64,000 nt of DNA from assembly GCA_028534125.1 (NCBI GenBank), contig CM052817.1, positions 62,932,001-62,996,000 on the forward strand, written 5' to 3'. The notes under the pieces were generated by a model. The model made no database searches and had not been told where the DNA came from. It saw only the letters and a list, made by a program, of their open reading frames with translations. Position numbers and translations under genes: made by a program. Every line of letters starts with the position of its first letter. The stretch's first letter is position 1. This document shows, in pieces, positions 26,481 to 38,545 of the stretch. The DNA is from Lama glama. Its lineage: Eukaryota.

Positions 26481-28984
26481 TGAAAAAACATCTTGCTATT
26501 TGTATCTGTTGTTGAAAAAAATATAAAAACATTGATCGTGGAAGTTGCTGGATTTTACTGGCCTTTGGCCACTAGGTGAAAACTTTAAGGTTGATCATAC
26601 TGTTTAGGAGGACTAAGAGCATACCCAAATCCCTTGAGAATTAACCTTTATTATTGTGCCTTATGAAACTGAAGAAAATGTGCTTCCCCTATAGAAAAAA
26701 AAAGTTAACCCTTCTTCTCATACCATACTCCTCATATTATTTACACTGGCAATATAAATTCAAAGGTAACACAAATACAAATTAAGTAAAACTGGAATCA
26801 GTAAAGTGAAATGATAAAAATTAAAGAGTTTCATCCAGAAGGATTTGCCTGTGGTTTGAGGAACAGATTCTGATTTATCACTGAGCTTTGAGGGTGAGAA
26901 CACATGAACATGCAATCTAAGATAGTGACATGGACCCAGCCTTTTCTTACTCTTCTGGCTGTAAAGTTGGGAATTTGTAGCCACTCTGTGGCATCAAAGA
27001 AACTTGGCACAACTAAGGGAGGCCTGGGCAGCCTCAGAAGGAACACTGTGTTAGCAGGTTACTATTTCTTAAGTGCCCTGCATACAAACCACTTCCTCAC
27101 CACCAATCACTGAAATCAGAGGAGTGCCTCAGATCAATTAACTAAGAAATGAAAAATCTCTTGCCCAAACTACAGATGGCCCTGAAAATATGCAGACAAC
27201 AGCAATGAGAGGGCAACTGGAATATGACAGCCTCATTAATAGGAAGTCCCTAAGGACAAAAGGAAAATTCTCTGATTAGGCAAAAACTTCAATCATTGCA
27301 TTTTCTTTTCTACTTTGCTTAAAAAGAGCGGTGGCTTGAGGTCAGGGTCTACACTAACTCATGAGCTGTGACTAATATACTAGAAAATTATGTTCTTAGA
27401 AGGCTTCAGACTGGAGGACTGGAGAGGAAGTTTAGTCTTTCCTCTTCATTTCCGCTACTCATAATTTTGGGAAATGTTTCTGTTTTTAACATTGAGTCCT
27501 CCACAAGTCCATAACATTCCTTAAAGTACTCATTTGGAGAAAAGAAGCCTTGTGACACTTGCCTTGTAGGCTTTTTTTCCCCCAAGATTATCTCTCTTAC
27601 AAATTGGTGAATTGGTTTGCAATTATAAGTGGGTCAGTTTTGTAGGCAGGGACATTTTTGGAATTGAATACATATAGGGAAAAACTTGTGTGCATATGTG
27701 GGGAGAGGAGGAGGGTAGGTAGAGAGAGGTATATAATGAAAATAAGACAAATAATAAAAATAAATTGTGTGTGTTGATTATATTAGTCCAAGCTCAATTT
27801 TCTTGAGATACCTTCTGCTCAGTGTGATTCTGGTAAAGCTACTAACCACAGGGGAATTTGGGCTCCTGTATGGAGACTGCACACGTGACTCAGGGTGGGC
27901 TAATTCCTTTCTCAGGACTTCAACTAGAGCAGAGATGTTCAGGAATGAAAGATCTTTAGTCATGATTAAAACAATGTATTCCTCTAAAGAGAATGTGAAT
28001 GATTTTTTATAATTACTGTAATTTCTTGAGTTGTATGGTTCCTGCCTTTTTAAGGCCTGTTTTTATGTTTTTTTAACTCTCCTATCAGTTGCAATGATTA
28101 CTTTTTTCTTGCTCTAGCTGAAGTTTAAACAGAATGTATCAGGATTCTTCTAAAAGCAGCTTGGATATTTTGTCATAAATAGAAATAAAACTATGTATAT
28201 TCCTAAGCATATAAAGTAAATATTTTATTACAATATGGCTAAGAGTAAGGAAAATGTTAATTAATTTAACTGAGTTATAAATAATAGAATATTCAACTCT
28301 ACTTAAATACTGAACAAGTACAAAACTTAATAATGTGTGTCAGAGAAGGACATCTATCCAGCTTCAATTGTCCGTTCATAATGACAAGGCATTAAGAGCA
28401 CTCAAAGGATAGCCATGTATTCTGTATCTAATGTCTACTATGGAAGAAACTCATGTTAATAATTAACTGAATCCCCTTTGTTTGACTAAAAACCAGTTAA
28501 AACTTCTACCTCCACTCAATATAATTCAAGTGGGATGATGGTAGGCAGTTGTTTGGAATGAAATTTGAAGAAATTTACTCAAAATCTCCATGATCAGTTC
28601 TATCACAGTACAGTCCAACTTTCCCATCTGTCCCTGGATACACAAAACTAATTTACCTAGAAGTCTGAAGTTCTGAGGTTTAGGATGAGCTGAGGTGACA
28701 GAGTGAATCATCTCATCCCCAAAATATGTATCTATAAATGGACCCTAGTTCAGCAAAAATCATAGCCCCTGGCTTTACCTTGCATAGAAGTCAATGGATA
28801 AAACAAGTTCCTAGCAATCATTTGCTGGGCTGTATAGAAAAGGACCTGCCATCAATGATGTTACCCGAAACAGCCAGCCTATTTGGCTGTTACCATGGTG
28901 ACAGGATAACAAAGTATTGGGAATAACTGTGAACTGTTCACATGTGGTGAGCATTCAGCCCTTCCTATCTACCCTGGAAAATTC

Positions 28985-29290
28985 CTTTTTCTTTTTTTTC
29001 CATTTTAACCATTTTTAAGTGTACAGTACAGTGGCATTAAGCACATTCACATTGCTATAAACCAACACCTCCATCATCTCCAGAATGTTTCCAACATCCC
29101 AAATTGAAACTCCACGCCCATTAAACAATGACTACTTGTTCCCTCCTATCCTCAGTACCTGGTAACCTCTATTCTACTTTCTGTCTCTGTGAATTTGCTG
29201 GGTTCCTAATAAAAGAGGAATCATGTAGTATTTGTCCGTTTGTGACTGGCTTATTTCACTTAGCATAACATCAGAATTTCCTTCCTTTTC
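28985..29290 (-). mobile_element. L1MB-type 3' UTR
   Basis: ttaaccatttttaagtgtacagtacagtggcattaagcacattcacattg..ctggtaacctctattctactttctgtctctgtgaattt..gactggcttatttcacttagcataa. Confidence 0.85.
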
Positions 29291-30399
29291 TTATCTTGCA
29301 AATTCCTTATTTTAAATAGAAAAATTAAAATAGATTAAAGCCAACTATATTAGGAATTGCATTAAAATAGTTTTTAATCCACAGTTAAAAAAAAACAAAT
29401 ATGCTTAAACTGCCCCATTTTAAAATAGTCTTTATTGAAATTATTTCTGGGAAGTCAGAAATTGAGTATGTTGTAATATATAAAATGATTTTTATAGGAG
29501 TACAAAATTGATAATTATATGGCAAAATCCTAACATTAATTAAATACTCACATTTTTACTGTTGCCCTAGAGAAAAAGCATTACATAGGTAAAATTTTAA
29601 TGGTAATCGAATTAGAATGTCTATTCTCTTAGTCAAAAGTATGACCTCTGAAATAATGAGAAAAACGCTTCATGTGTAGGGACAGTAGTGATTAATGACA
29701 GTAAAATATTAGAAAGGTTTCCACATAAGAAAATCTGTCTCACAGTATTATAATCATGTCTCTAGATAAGTTTAGTGGCTTCATAAACTTATTAAAGGCA
29801 TATAAAACTTCAAACACTTTTAGAATCTATTCTTTAACTGATGACATGGCAGAGAGGGTTTCACAACTTCAATATAACAACATTTATGGTTTTCTTTATG
29901 GCCAACTCTGTATAGTATTCTCTTTGCACACACGTCTTAATAAATGCAGCCTATTATACAAAGTTTACTGTCTACCGTTCTTCAGTATCCTTGAAACCCC
30001 TGAGCAATGCCCAAGATGTAAGCTTTTTCCATACGTTATTCTGTAGTATTCTATCAATATACTCTTGCAATGCTTTCTTTCCTCCTATTCTTGCTCTCAA
30101 ATATTTCCACAGTGAATTCAGTAACTTCTACCCCATGGTTAAACTCCACTGCAGTCACAGCCTCTCCCATTAAACTTGCGGCCTTGTGGAAATAGATATT
30201 CCTGCAGTACATTCAAGAGGAAGCTATCATTCTCTTACACCATCATGTGGGTATTAACTGAGATTTTTCGGTTCCTCGGTGCCTTTTCCAAGTTGTTACT
30301 GATGATTCCTCATATAAAATCCAGTCCAGTGCTCTTGGAGGCCTATGCCAGTGGGCTGTGCAACCAGTAACTATTCCTCATGCATTCATTAATCATTCT

Positions 30400-31300
30400 T
30401 GTCATTTTCTTCTCTTCCACTGACAACTTTGTTAGTAGCTTTTCCCTTCTTACATCATTCAAATCCTTACTATCATCCTGGGTGATTGTGTCCATATAAA
30501 GAGCCCCACACAACACACTGCATTTTCAGTTCCTTGACCCAACATTCCTAATGACTGTCACATTTGTTCCCCCAAAACACCCAAGCCCCTAGCCATGCTC
30601 TGAACTTGGTCACTACTCTAGCCACTTTGACTCTTAAGTAATAAAAATACATATAAATGTGTTTGATTTAAAAAAAAAAAAACTGTTACTCTTCTGTCTT
30701 TCTCCTACTTAATGTAGGCTAGTCCAGCATTGCGTCATCTGAACAAGGAAGGGAATCCTGTGTTACGAACAGAGCTCTCCCATCAGTGCCTGCAATCTGT
30801 GACACAGCTTCCACAATGAATAGTCAATGATCTGTGCAGGTAGACTCATTGTGTGAATAGGGGACAACATCTCCTAATGTCACCCTATCAGATCATCTAT
30901 TTTACTTTCTTATCTCAAAGGAAGACAGTTATAATCTGAAATCATTTCTATCTTCCAGATGATCTCATAATATTTCCTCTGTATTTGCACTATGCAGCCA
31001 GTAAAATTGATTATGATGACGGAGTCATGCCTTCTCTCACCTCCCCTGTCTAACTTCCCTCACATTACCTCAACCAACCTCTTGTCTGCACACCTGCATA
31101 GTGGGCAGTTACCTCATCCCAGCAAGTATCTAATTATCTGATGACTGCTTCTTTGATTGTCTGTATCCTCCTCATGACCCTTGAATTTCCATGAAGGCTG
31201 GGGCATATATGTCCTATTCCTTGTGTTGTGTTATCATACATAACAGTATCTGTCATCGTAAGTGTTTGTTTAAAGAATTAATTAATAAATGATTGAATAA
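30400..31300 (+). mobile_element. L2 LINE fragments
   Basis: cagttccttgacc..agccatgctctgaacttggtcac; 3' end ttccatgaaggctggggcatatatgtc..aataaatgattgaataa. Confidence 0.45.
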
Positions 31301-31712
31301 AAGAAAAAGCTTTGAGCCATAAGATTGGAAATCTCCACATAATTTTCTTACAGTTTTCAGTTGTCTTATAAGCAGCCATAGCTCTTATTCCAATCATAAC
31401 TAAAATGTACAGATTCCAAAATACACATAAAAAGTGGAGCCACGTGGATCTAAATTGGAAGATGGTATGATTCTTCTATAGCACCGAGTGCCATAATGAA
31501 AATACCAAGCAAAAGGCCAGTGGAGGCAATTCATTCTGTTACCAGGAAATGTAAATATTCCTTGAAATTCACTATGCATGGGCATAAGAAAAACATATAA
31601 ACTAATGTTTTATAGCATTAGACTTCAGAACAAATAAATTATTATTTAAATCTTGTTATTTTAGGGGATCAGCAAAAGGATTTCTAGAACCATTTTACTG
31701 TCTAAAAGTATT

Positions 31713-31758
31713 TAGATAGATAGATAGATAAATAAATAAATAAATAAATAAATAAATA
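31713..31758 (+). repeat. (TAGA)n(TAAA)n compound microsatellite flanked by a direct repeat
   Basis: Direct repeat agtatttaga at 31707-31716 and 31758-31767. Confidence 0.9.
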
Positions 31759-31839
31759 GTATTTAGACTTCAATAATTAATAGCCATTCAGTTGCTGTTG
31801 TGAATGAACCATTGTGAAATTTTGTTTAAATAAGCAGCT

Positions 31840-32640
31840 GTTTAACCAATGCCCATTATCCCTTCCTTCCTCTACTCCTTCTGGATCACGTTCTGTCACT
31901 ATAACTTGTTTCTAAATTCTGAGCATCTCCATGTCTAATTTCTCTTAATCTAAAACATAAATTTCCACATATTCTGTCTCATGTAAATTAAAAAGCTTTC
32001 CTTCATTTTTCACTTCCAAACCCCAGCTACTGGCCTGTCTCACCTCTGTTGCTTGCTAAGCTTCTTGGGAAAAAAATTACTCTACATTTTAATATCTAGT
32101 ACTATTGAGTCTCTACGGAAAATTAAAACCCCTGTATTTTCCTTCTTCTTCTTTTCTTTTTACTTGACTCTGCTTTGTTATATATTTTACCACTTTCTCT
32201 TAGCTTTTCTTTAACATCTCTCACAGTTCTTTTTTCCACCTGCCTCATGAGAACTTCTTTCTCTAGGTCTTATTTAAATACTGGCGTTTCCAGACTCCTG
32301 TCTTTGGTTGCCTGACCTTTCTACAATTCTCTACATTTCTCATGGCTTTAACTAGCATCCATATGCAGTAGACAGCAAAATCGTTATCGCTTCGTCTGCC
32401 TTTTCATTTGTGCTTCAGACTTGTACATTTACTCAAATTTATGGACACATTTATTTGATACATTCCTGACAAGTTTATTGAATGAACTGAGCTCTGAAGG
32501 GAACAATCAGAAAGCAACTCTATTTTCCCTTTTCCTTATCAAACACACTCTCTAATCTCACTTTTTCCTATTCTTTCAAACATCGTCCATCAATTCTCTG
32601 CTTTCTTTTCAATGCAAGTAAGCCTCAGTTTCAGTTATTT
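31840..32640 (+). mobile_element. L2 LINE fragment (degenerate)
   Basis: Pyrimidine-rich L2-like motifs such as ttctcatggctttaactagcatccatatgcagtagacagcaaaatc. Confidence 0.45.
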
Positions 32641-32789
32641 CAAAATCACCTCCTAACCAAAAGTTCGACTGATCTCCAGGGGAGCACCTTTCCTTCTACA
32701 GCTCAGGGCTGCCATGGACAAAAGTGGCACCGGGTGACACTCCCCTCTTCATTTCTCTGACTCCGTGGCTATCAGACTTCCACATGAAT

Positions 32790-32950
32790 CAGCATGAATC
32801 AACTGTAGGATTCCTTCAACAGATTGCACTGCCCCATCCCGAGAGTTTCTCATTCAGTCAATCTAGTGGGGTCTGAGAATTTGATTTTCTAATGGGTTCT
32901 CTGATGGCACTTTTGCTGCTGCTGGTTGGGACCATACTTAGAAAACCACT
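32790..32950. mobile_element. MER5A-like hAT-Charlie MITE
   Basis: cagattgcactgccccatcccgagagtttctcattcagtcaatctagtggggtctgagaatttgattttctaat..gggaccatacttagaaaaccact. Confidence 0.7.
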
Positions 32951-33520
32951 TCTCTGCTCCTCCCCCCCTAGCTGGCTTTGATTGTGCTACTATGGACACA
33001 AGAGAGAAGAGATAGCAAAGACCTCACTAGACTGAAGAACTTGTAATTTGGTTTCAATGCCCTCAGGGTGACAGAGGAATTATTTTTGCTTTCTCTGAAG
33101 CGGTTTCTGTGAGTTCCTCAGAGATCTTCCTAATGTCACTTGTTTGTACCTGTAACTCCCTTGACGTGCATCTACTACCTTTTTTTTATCACTCCCCTCA
33201 GGCCTTGGTCTGCAGGTACTCACATTCTGATAGAAACACTTTATCCATTTTAGTACTGTTGCTTTTAAAATGGCCCTAGGCTAACCACCTGTTGAATTCT
33301 CATCAGGTCCTAAACACTGGTACCTTTGTCCTGCCTCCAGGAGAAATGCAGCTTCCTCCAGCACAGTCCTCCCTTGCTTTGATGTTTCAGACATGAGTAA
33401 GCAAAGTGCTTTTCACCTTTTAACTAATCATGGAGAAGTCAGATTCTAGACTCCAATATCCCTCAAACTTCTGAGATGCACATCAGGCTCTCCAAACTAT
33501 TTCCTCAAAGCCCCACTCAC

Positions 33521-33654
33521 CTGACTTGAGGTGACAAAGAAGCACTTTATTTTCCTCTTCCCAAAGGCAGGGACAGCAAATGCCACAGCATTCCAACAAG
33601 GATCCGTTCCCCACAAAGTGTCACTCCCTCTGCTGTACAACAGCCCCACCCTCT
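33521..33654 (-). other. Candidate 134-nt internal exon, product unknown
   Basis: Acceptor CCATCTCTCCCTTTGTTGTTGTTGTAG| and consensus donor CAG|GTGAGT in unique sequence. Confidence 0.3.
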
Positions 33655-33954
33655 CTACAACAACAACAAAGGGAGAGATGGTTTCCTGTTGGTAAAATTT
33701 TATTACAGTGTCTTACAAAAGTGTCTAGAACCATAGCATATGGGAGACATACAAACAACTGAATACTTGTTGGCCTTTGAGGCTTTGTGAACATTCTGAC
33801 ACAGAAACAGCCCATTTAGACTTCCTGTTACTCTTGTTGTATATCAGACAACGTACTAGAGTCTGAGGAAAAAAATAGAAATGGACTTTAAGGAATCAAT
33901 TTCTCTATAGCTTAATTAAAATCCTAGTTAATATTTTATTGTTATTAGAAATAA

Positions 33955-34105
33955 AGAACGTTTGATCTGGTGGCATATTTATTAGCTATGTAACATCAGG
34001 CAACTTATGTATCTTCCCTGGACCTCAGTATAAATGAAGTGGGTACATTTAAAGCTTAGAACAGTGCCTGGCAGGTGGAAAGCAATCACTGAGAGTTAGG
34101 TATTA
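33955..34105 (+). mobile_element. MIR SINE
   Basis: tttattagctatgtaacatcaggcaacttatgtatcttccctggacctcagt..ttaaagcttagaacagtgcctggcag. Confidence 0.65.
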
Positions 34106-34114
34106 CATGTTAGC

Positions 34115-34645
34115 TTTTTTTAAATAACGTTTTTATTTTAAAATTACTTCATATTTACAGAAAAGTTGCAAAGACAGTAAAGACAGCGGGGAGTATACAC
34201 CTCACTATGTTTCTCCTGTTGTTAACATCATTCATTACCATGGTTCATGTGTAAAATCTAAGAAAACACCATCAATGTTCTATTAGTGTAATTTACTGTT
34301 CCAAGGTCCTATCCAGAAAATCACTTTAATCATCATATTTTCTTTGTCTCCCCTGGTCTGGGACAGTTTCTTAATACTTCAGTATTTTTCATGTCTCTGA
34401 CAGTTTCATAGAATGTCCCCTGACTTTTTTAATGTTTTTTCTGATGGTTACACTTGGAATAAGGATTGAGGGAAGAATACCACAGGGGTGATTGTCCTTC
34501 TCATTGGATGATATCAGGTGTACATGTTATCAAGTTAAAATTTTATTTCTGGTAAGTTAACCTAGATATCTTGGTTAGGGTAGTGTTTGCCAGGTTCTTC
34601 AAAATAAAGTTGCTTTTTCCCCCTTTCCATATTCCATTCTGTGAA
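34115..34645 (-). mobile_element. L1MC-type 3' UTR
   Basis: atatttacagaaaagttgcaaagacagta..ctggtctgggacagtttcttaat..gggaagaataccacaggggtgattgtccttctcatt. Confidence 0.75.
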
Positions 34646-34940
34646 TTTCATTGTTTTTATGATCATTAAATGCTCAGATTCAAGGGATAAGTAAATGAGC
34701 TCCATCCACCTCAAGATGGGAAAAGCTGGAAAATATTGTGCAATCTACCACAGTTAGTATTAACTAAGGTTTTCAGCAATATAATTTTTGGAATCAACTG
34801 AAGACAAGGGAAAACAGAAGACATTGTGAAAACAGAGATAAGAAATAATTCATAATTTTGTTTTTTTGGACCAAGAACATCTGAAATAGAAAGAAATAGT
34901 CTTTCTTAAAGCACAATAATGACAATTGTGGTTAAGTCAC

Positions 34941-35303
34941 TGTTGTAGTCCATTTGGGCAGCTGTAACAGAATGTCACAGATTGGGTGGCTTAGAAATAA
35001 CGGAAATTTATTGTTTACAGTTCTGGAGGTTGAGGAGTTCAAGATCAAGATGCCAGTAGATTTGGTATCTGGTGAGAGCCTGTTTCCCAGTCTACAGACT
35101 GCACATTCTGGCAGTAACCTCATGTAGTAGAAGGGATGACCTAACTCTCTGGGGTCTCTTTTATGTAACTGCACAGCCAATCATGAGGGCTCCACCCTCA
35201 CAACCTACTCACTTTCCGAAGGATTCACCAACTAATACCATCACCTGATGGTTATGATTTCAACGTATGAATTTTGGAGGAACACAAACATTCAGACCAT
35301 AGT
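34941..35303 (-). mobile_element. MaLR solo LTR, MLT1A0-like
   Basis: gtccatttgggcagctgtaacagaatgtcacagattgggtggcttag..tttcaacgtatgaattttggaggaacacaaacattcagaccatag. Confidence 0.85.
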
Positions 35304-35799
35304 GATTATCAGTGAATAATAGTAGTTTAATCAAAGAGATATTTTACTTAGCCAATCCTTAATCTAAAAATTCATCTATAAATGTAGGTACAAATGTAAC
35401 TATTGACACAGTAGAAGTTTAGCTCGAAGTCACCCAAAGGATAATAGGTCTCATTGGTCCAAACTCTGTAGGAACTGTTCATCAACACAGGATTTGGACT
35501 TCTGTACTCCAACTCCCAGTCCAGAGTGCTTTCCACAAAAGCATGCTACTTTTTTATGGTAGAGGTATTTTGGGGGAAAGTTTCCTTTAGAAAGCAAGTG
35601 TATATTTATCTATATAGTGTGTGGATAAATATATATTTTCTGGGTCTTTGTATCAGGAGGCAGAATAAAAACTTGCACCTTTTTGATTATTAGTGGTAAA
35701 GAAGAAAACTGTCAGCATATTACTTTCAAAATAGTTTTTCAAAAGATAAAAGTGCTGTATACTGCTTTAGAGTTAAAATGCTGTTCATAATTTTAGCTC

Positions 35800-35945
35800 A
35801 CTCCACTTGATCAGGCTTATAAGAAAGAGAAGGAAGTTTATTATTCCCATTTTGCAGGTAAGAAAAATTAAGTTCAGAAAAATTGGGATTTGAGCAAATT
35901 TTCATAGCTAGTAATGTGAAGTATCTAGATTTGAACTAATCAGGA
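35800..35945 (-). mobile_element. MIR SINE
   Basis: ttattattcccattttgcaggtaagaaaattaagttcagaaa..catagctagtaatgtgaagtatctagatttgaact. Confidence 0.6.
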
Positions 35946-36681
35946 TGTGGGTTTTTTAAAAATACTTTTTCTTCATTTAAATGTGTATAATTACAGGGGA
36001 AATATTGATTAAAATTTTGCTACCTGGTATGACTAACAGGATAAAACAAGTGATATTTCAGATGTTATCACCTCAGGCTTTATTCCTAAGATGTCTATTT
36101 TTGTAAGTCTCTGGTGATCTAGAAATATATTTAAAGCATCCCCAAATTCTTCTTATGCATACTTCAGTTTGAAAAGAACTGCTAACAAGCCCTGAAAATT
36201 AGAGATATCCAGGGTTACAAGCATATACACCTCTGTGTGTGTCTGTGTGTGTGTATGAATGTAAGTGCAGGTGAAGGCCTGTGTGTGCAATTGTACATGT
36301 GGATGTACAATTACATGTGGGTTTGTGTGTCTGATGTCTTTGTGTGCTTGATATTGGGGAGGACTGCCACTTAGTAACCATTCTTTATTTGAGTGAATGA
36401 AATTACATAAATACATAAAAAAATTACATAAAATAGTATCCCAGAAGTGCACCTTTTTTCTTGAATTTTCACTCAGGTAAATTTTAGAAATTCAATAACG
36501 GATTTCCTACTCCTCGTATCTTGAAAAATCAATACTTTTACATCTTCATTGTCCTTTATAGATGTAGTACATTTCTTCAAGCATCTTAAACATGGGCTCC
36601 TCACGTTATATGAAGACAGACATTTTATCATAATGGTACTTAAAATGGATTGTGAGTTCTGATTGATTTTTCTCACATTAC

Positions 36682-37011
36682 CTGTTTTAAATGGCTTTTA
36701 TAAAGCAGACATATAATGGCATGGTTGCCCGCTATCAAAATATCAAGATGAAAATATTTAAAAAGAAGTAATACGAGGCATTTGGAAAGAAAGCCCATAT
36801 TCATCCTCCTCTAAGTGGCCTTTGGGGCATTTCTGCTTAAAAATGTTAATGTGATTTATAGGTATTTTTAACATTATATCTTTAAGGTGTCAGCTCTTGG
36901 CAAACTAATTGTGCTCCCTGCCCCTTTCTAAAAGCATGAAGGCTGCTGGGTATACCATACCTTAAGACTGACAACAGAATGCAGGAGTCGGGTTTGTTAA
37001 TAAGGTTTGAT
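36682..37011 (-). other. Pair of candidate small exons (36961-37011, 51 nt; 36682-36731, 50 nt)
   Basis: tttctctcttttctatttaag|ATCAAA..CTTAAG|GTATGG and ttttgatag|CGGGC..AAACAG|GTAATG; locally more CpGs. Confidence 0.25.
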
Positions 37012-37607
37012 CTTAAATAGAAAAGAGAGAAATATAATACTGCTTTGAATTTAAATAACACGCTAGCGAACAGCAATAGGAAGAAACATCAATTCAAACA
37101 GAACAAGAGGCAGCTAAAATCACATTATATAGTTCAAACCGCAGAATCGCTGCAGGACTACAAGGAGTGACAAGGATAGCACATCACTTTACGAAGCAAC
37201 TGATGCAGACTCTATTGTCTCTCCCCATGTAGTTGCTTCCCTATCCTGACAATCACTTCAACAGTAGAAAAAAGTAATCTGAAAACTTGAACATCAACCC
37301 AAAGGAAAAAAATGTCTGAATCAATAAAGAGAATAACACATTCTTCTCTTTCGTCTATGGAACCCTTACAAAATATTGTATATGGGTAACAAAGCCTCAG
37401 TAAATGTTAAAAACAGTGATTTTGGAGGCCAAGTTCTCAGATTTTAATGTAATAAGCCTAGAAATCAACAACAAAAATAGCTTAACATTAAATATTAATT
37501 TAAAATGGAAATCATCCCTAAATTAAAGAGATCTTTAAGAAAAATAACGTATCTCATCAAAGCTTATTGTAAGAAAGGAATTGTATTTGTTTAAATGCCT
37601 TCTGTGT

Positions 37608-37735
37608 TTATTACCTTGACTGGGTTGAGAGGTTCATGGCTGTACATGTATGTTCAAACTCATCAAATTATATATTTATGTTAAATATGTGCAAGTTTTT
37701 GTATATCAGTAATACCCTTACACATCTGTTTAAGA
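37608..37735 (+). mobile_element. L1M 3' end fragment
   Basis: taccttgactgggttgagaggttcatggctgtacatgtatgttcaaactcatcaaattatata..aaatatgtgcaag. Confidence 0.65.
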
Positions 37736-37829
37736 AGGCCAAAAAGAAAAATTACTATATAAGTATTGGGGGACTTTAAAACAAATCTAAATACTGATAC
37801 TTTCAAAGTAAAATCTTTTTTTTCTTTCT

Positions 37830-37950
37830 AAGATATTTTAAATTAAACTTTTTTTATTTTGAAGTAATTGTAGAGTCACATGCAGTTGTAAAAAATAATA
37901 CAGAAAGATCCTGTGTATTCTTTACCCAGTTTTCCTAGAGGCTATTATAT
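37830..37950 (-). mobile_element. L1MC-type 3' terminus
   Basis: ttttattttgaagtaattgtagagtcacatgcagttgtaaaaaataatacagaaagatcctgtgtattctttacccagtttt. Confidence 0.7.
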
Positions 37951-38069
37951 TTTTTCAGGTCTAAAATTTTCATTTGTGTCTTCTTTATATCTTCTATTTC
38001 TTTACTGAGACTTCCTAATTTTCATTTGTTCTTTACTCATCTTTACTGATGTTGGTTAGGGTTGGCAGA

Positions 38070-38545
38070 GTGTATCTAGCAGAATCTCCACAGGAGAGAT
38101 ATATGGTATACTTATATTAAGGCTATTGAAAAAAAATTTAATAAAAAATGTTTTACAGTTGTGTGGACACATGTATAGGACACCAAAAAAGAAAGGGAAG
38201 CATCTTATGGCTTTAGCAACAGCTGGTGACTTCTGCTTCTCCTAGGATTAAACATGGCAAGACACAGAGCCACAAGAGGTACGACCCCGTGGGAGCTATG
38301 TTCCACAGTAAAGGAATTAGCCTTTGGCAACCACAGGCTAACAGAGGGAGCCAGAGATTTAAATACAATGGCAATTTTGCCTTCTCACCCATCAAACTCC
38401 CATTGGAATTTTCTTCTGGACAAGTAAAAGTAACTATAAGGGGTAAGAAAAGGGAGTCTAATCAAATCAAATACTGATGCACAGAGTAGGGTAAAGAAGC
38501 ATAGAAAATGAAACTCCAGGGCTAAGTGCTAAATATTCAACCTAG
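38070..38545 (-). mobile_element. ERVL solo LTR, LTR33-like (degenerate)
   Basis: caggagagatatatggtatactt..tttaataaaaaatgttttacagttgtgtgg..tagcaacagctggtga; opposite orientation to the 9275-9750 copy. Confidence 0.45.

Noticed and set aside
36232..36350. TG-rich stretch giving His/Thr-rich ORFs
   Set aside because: Degenerate dinucleotide repeat.
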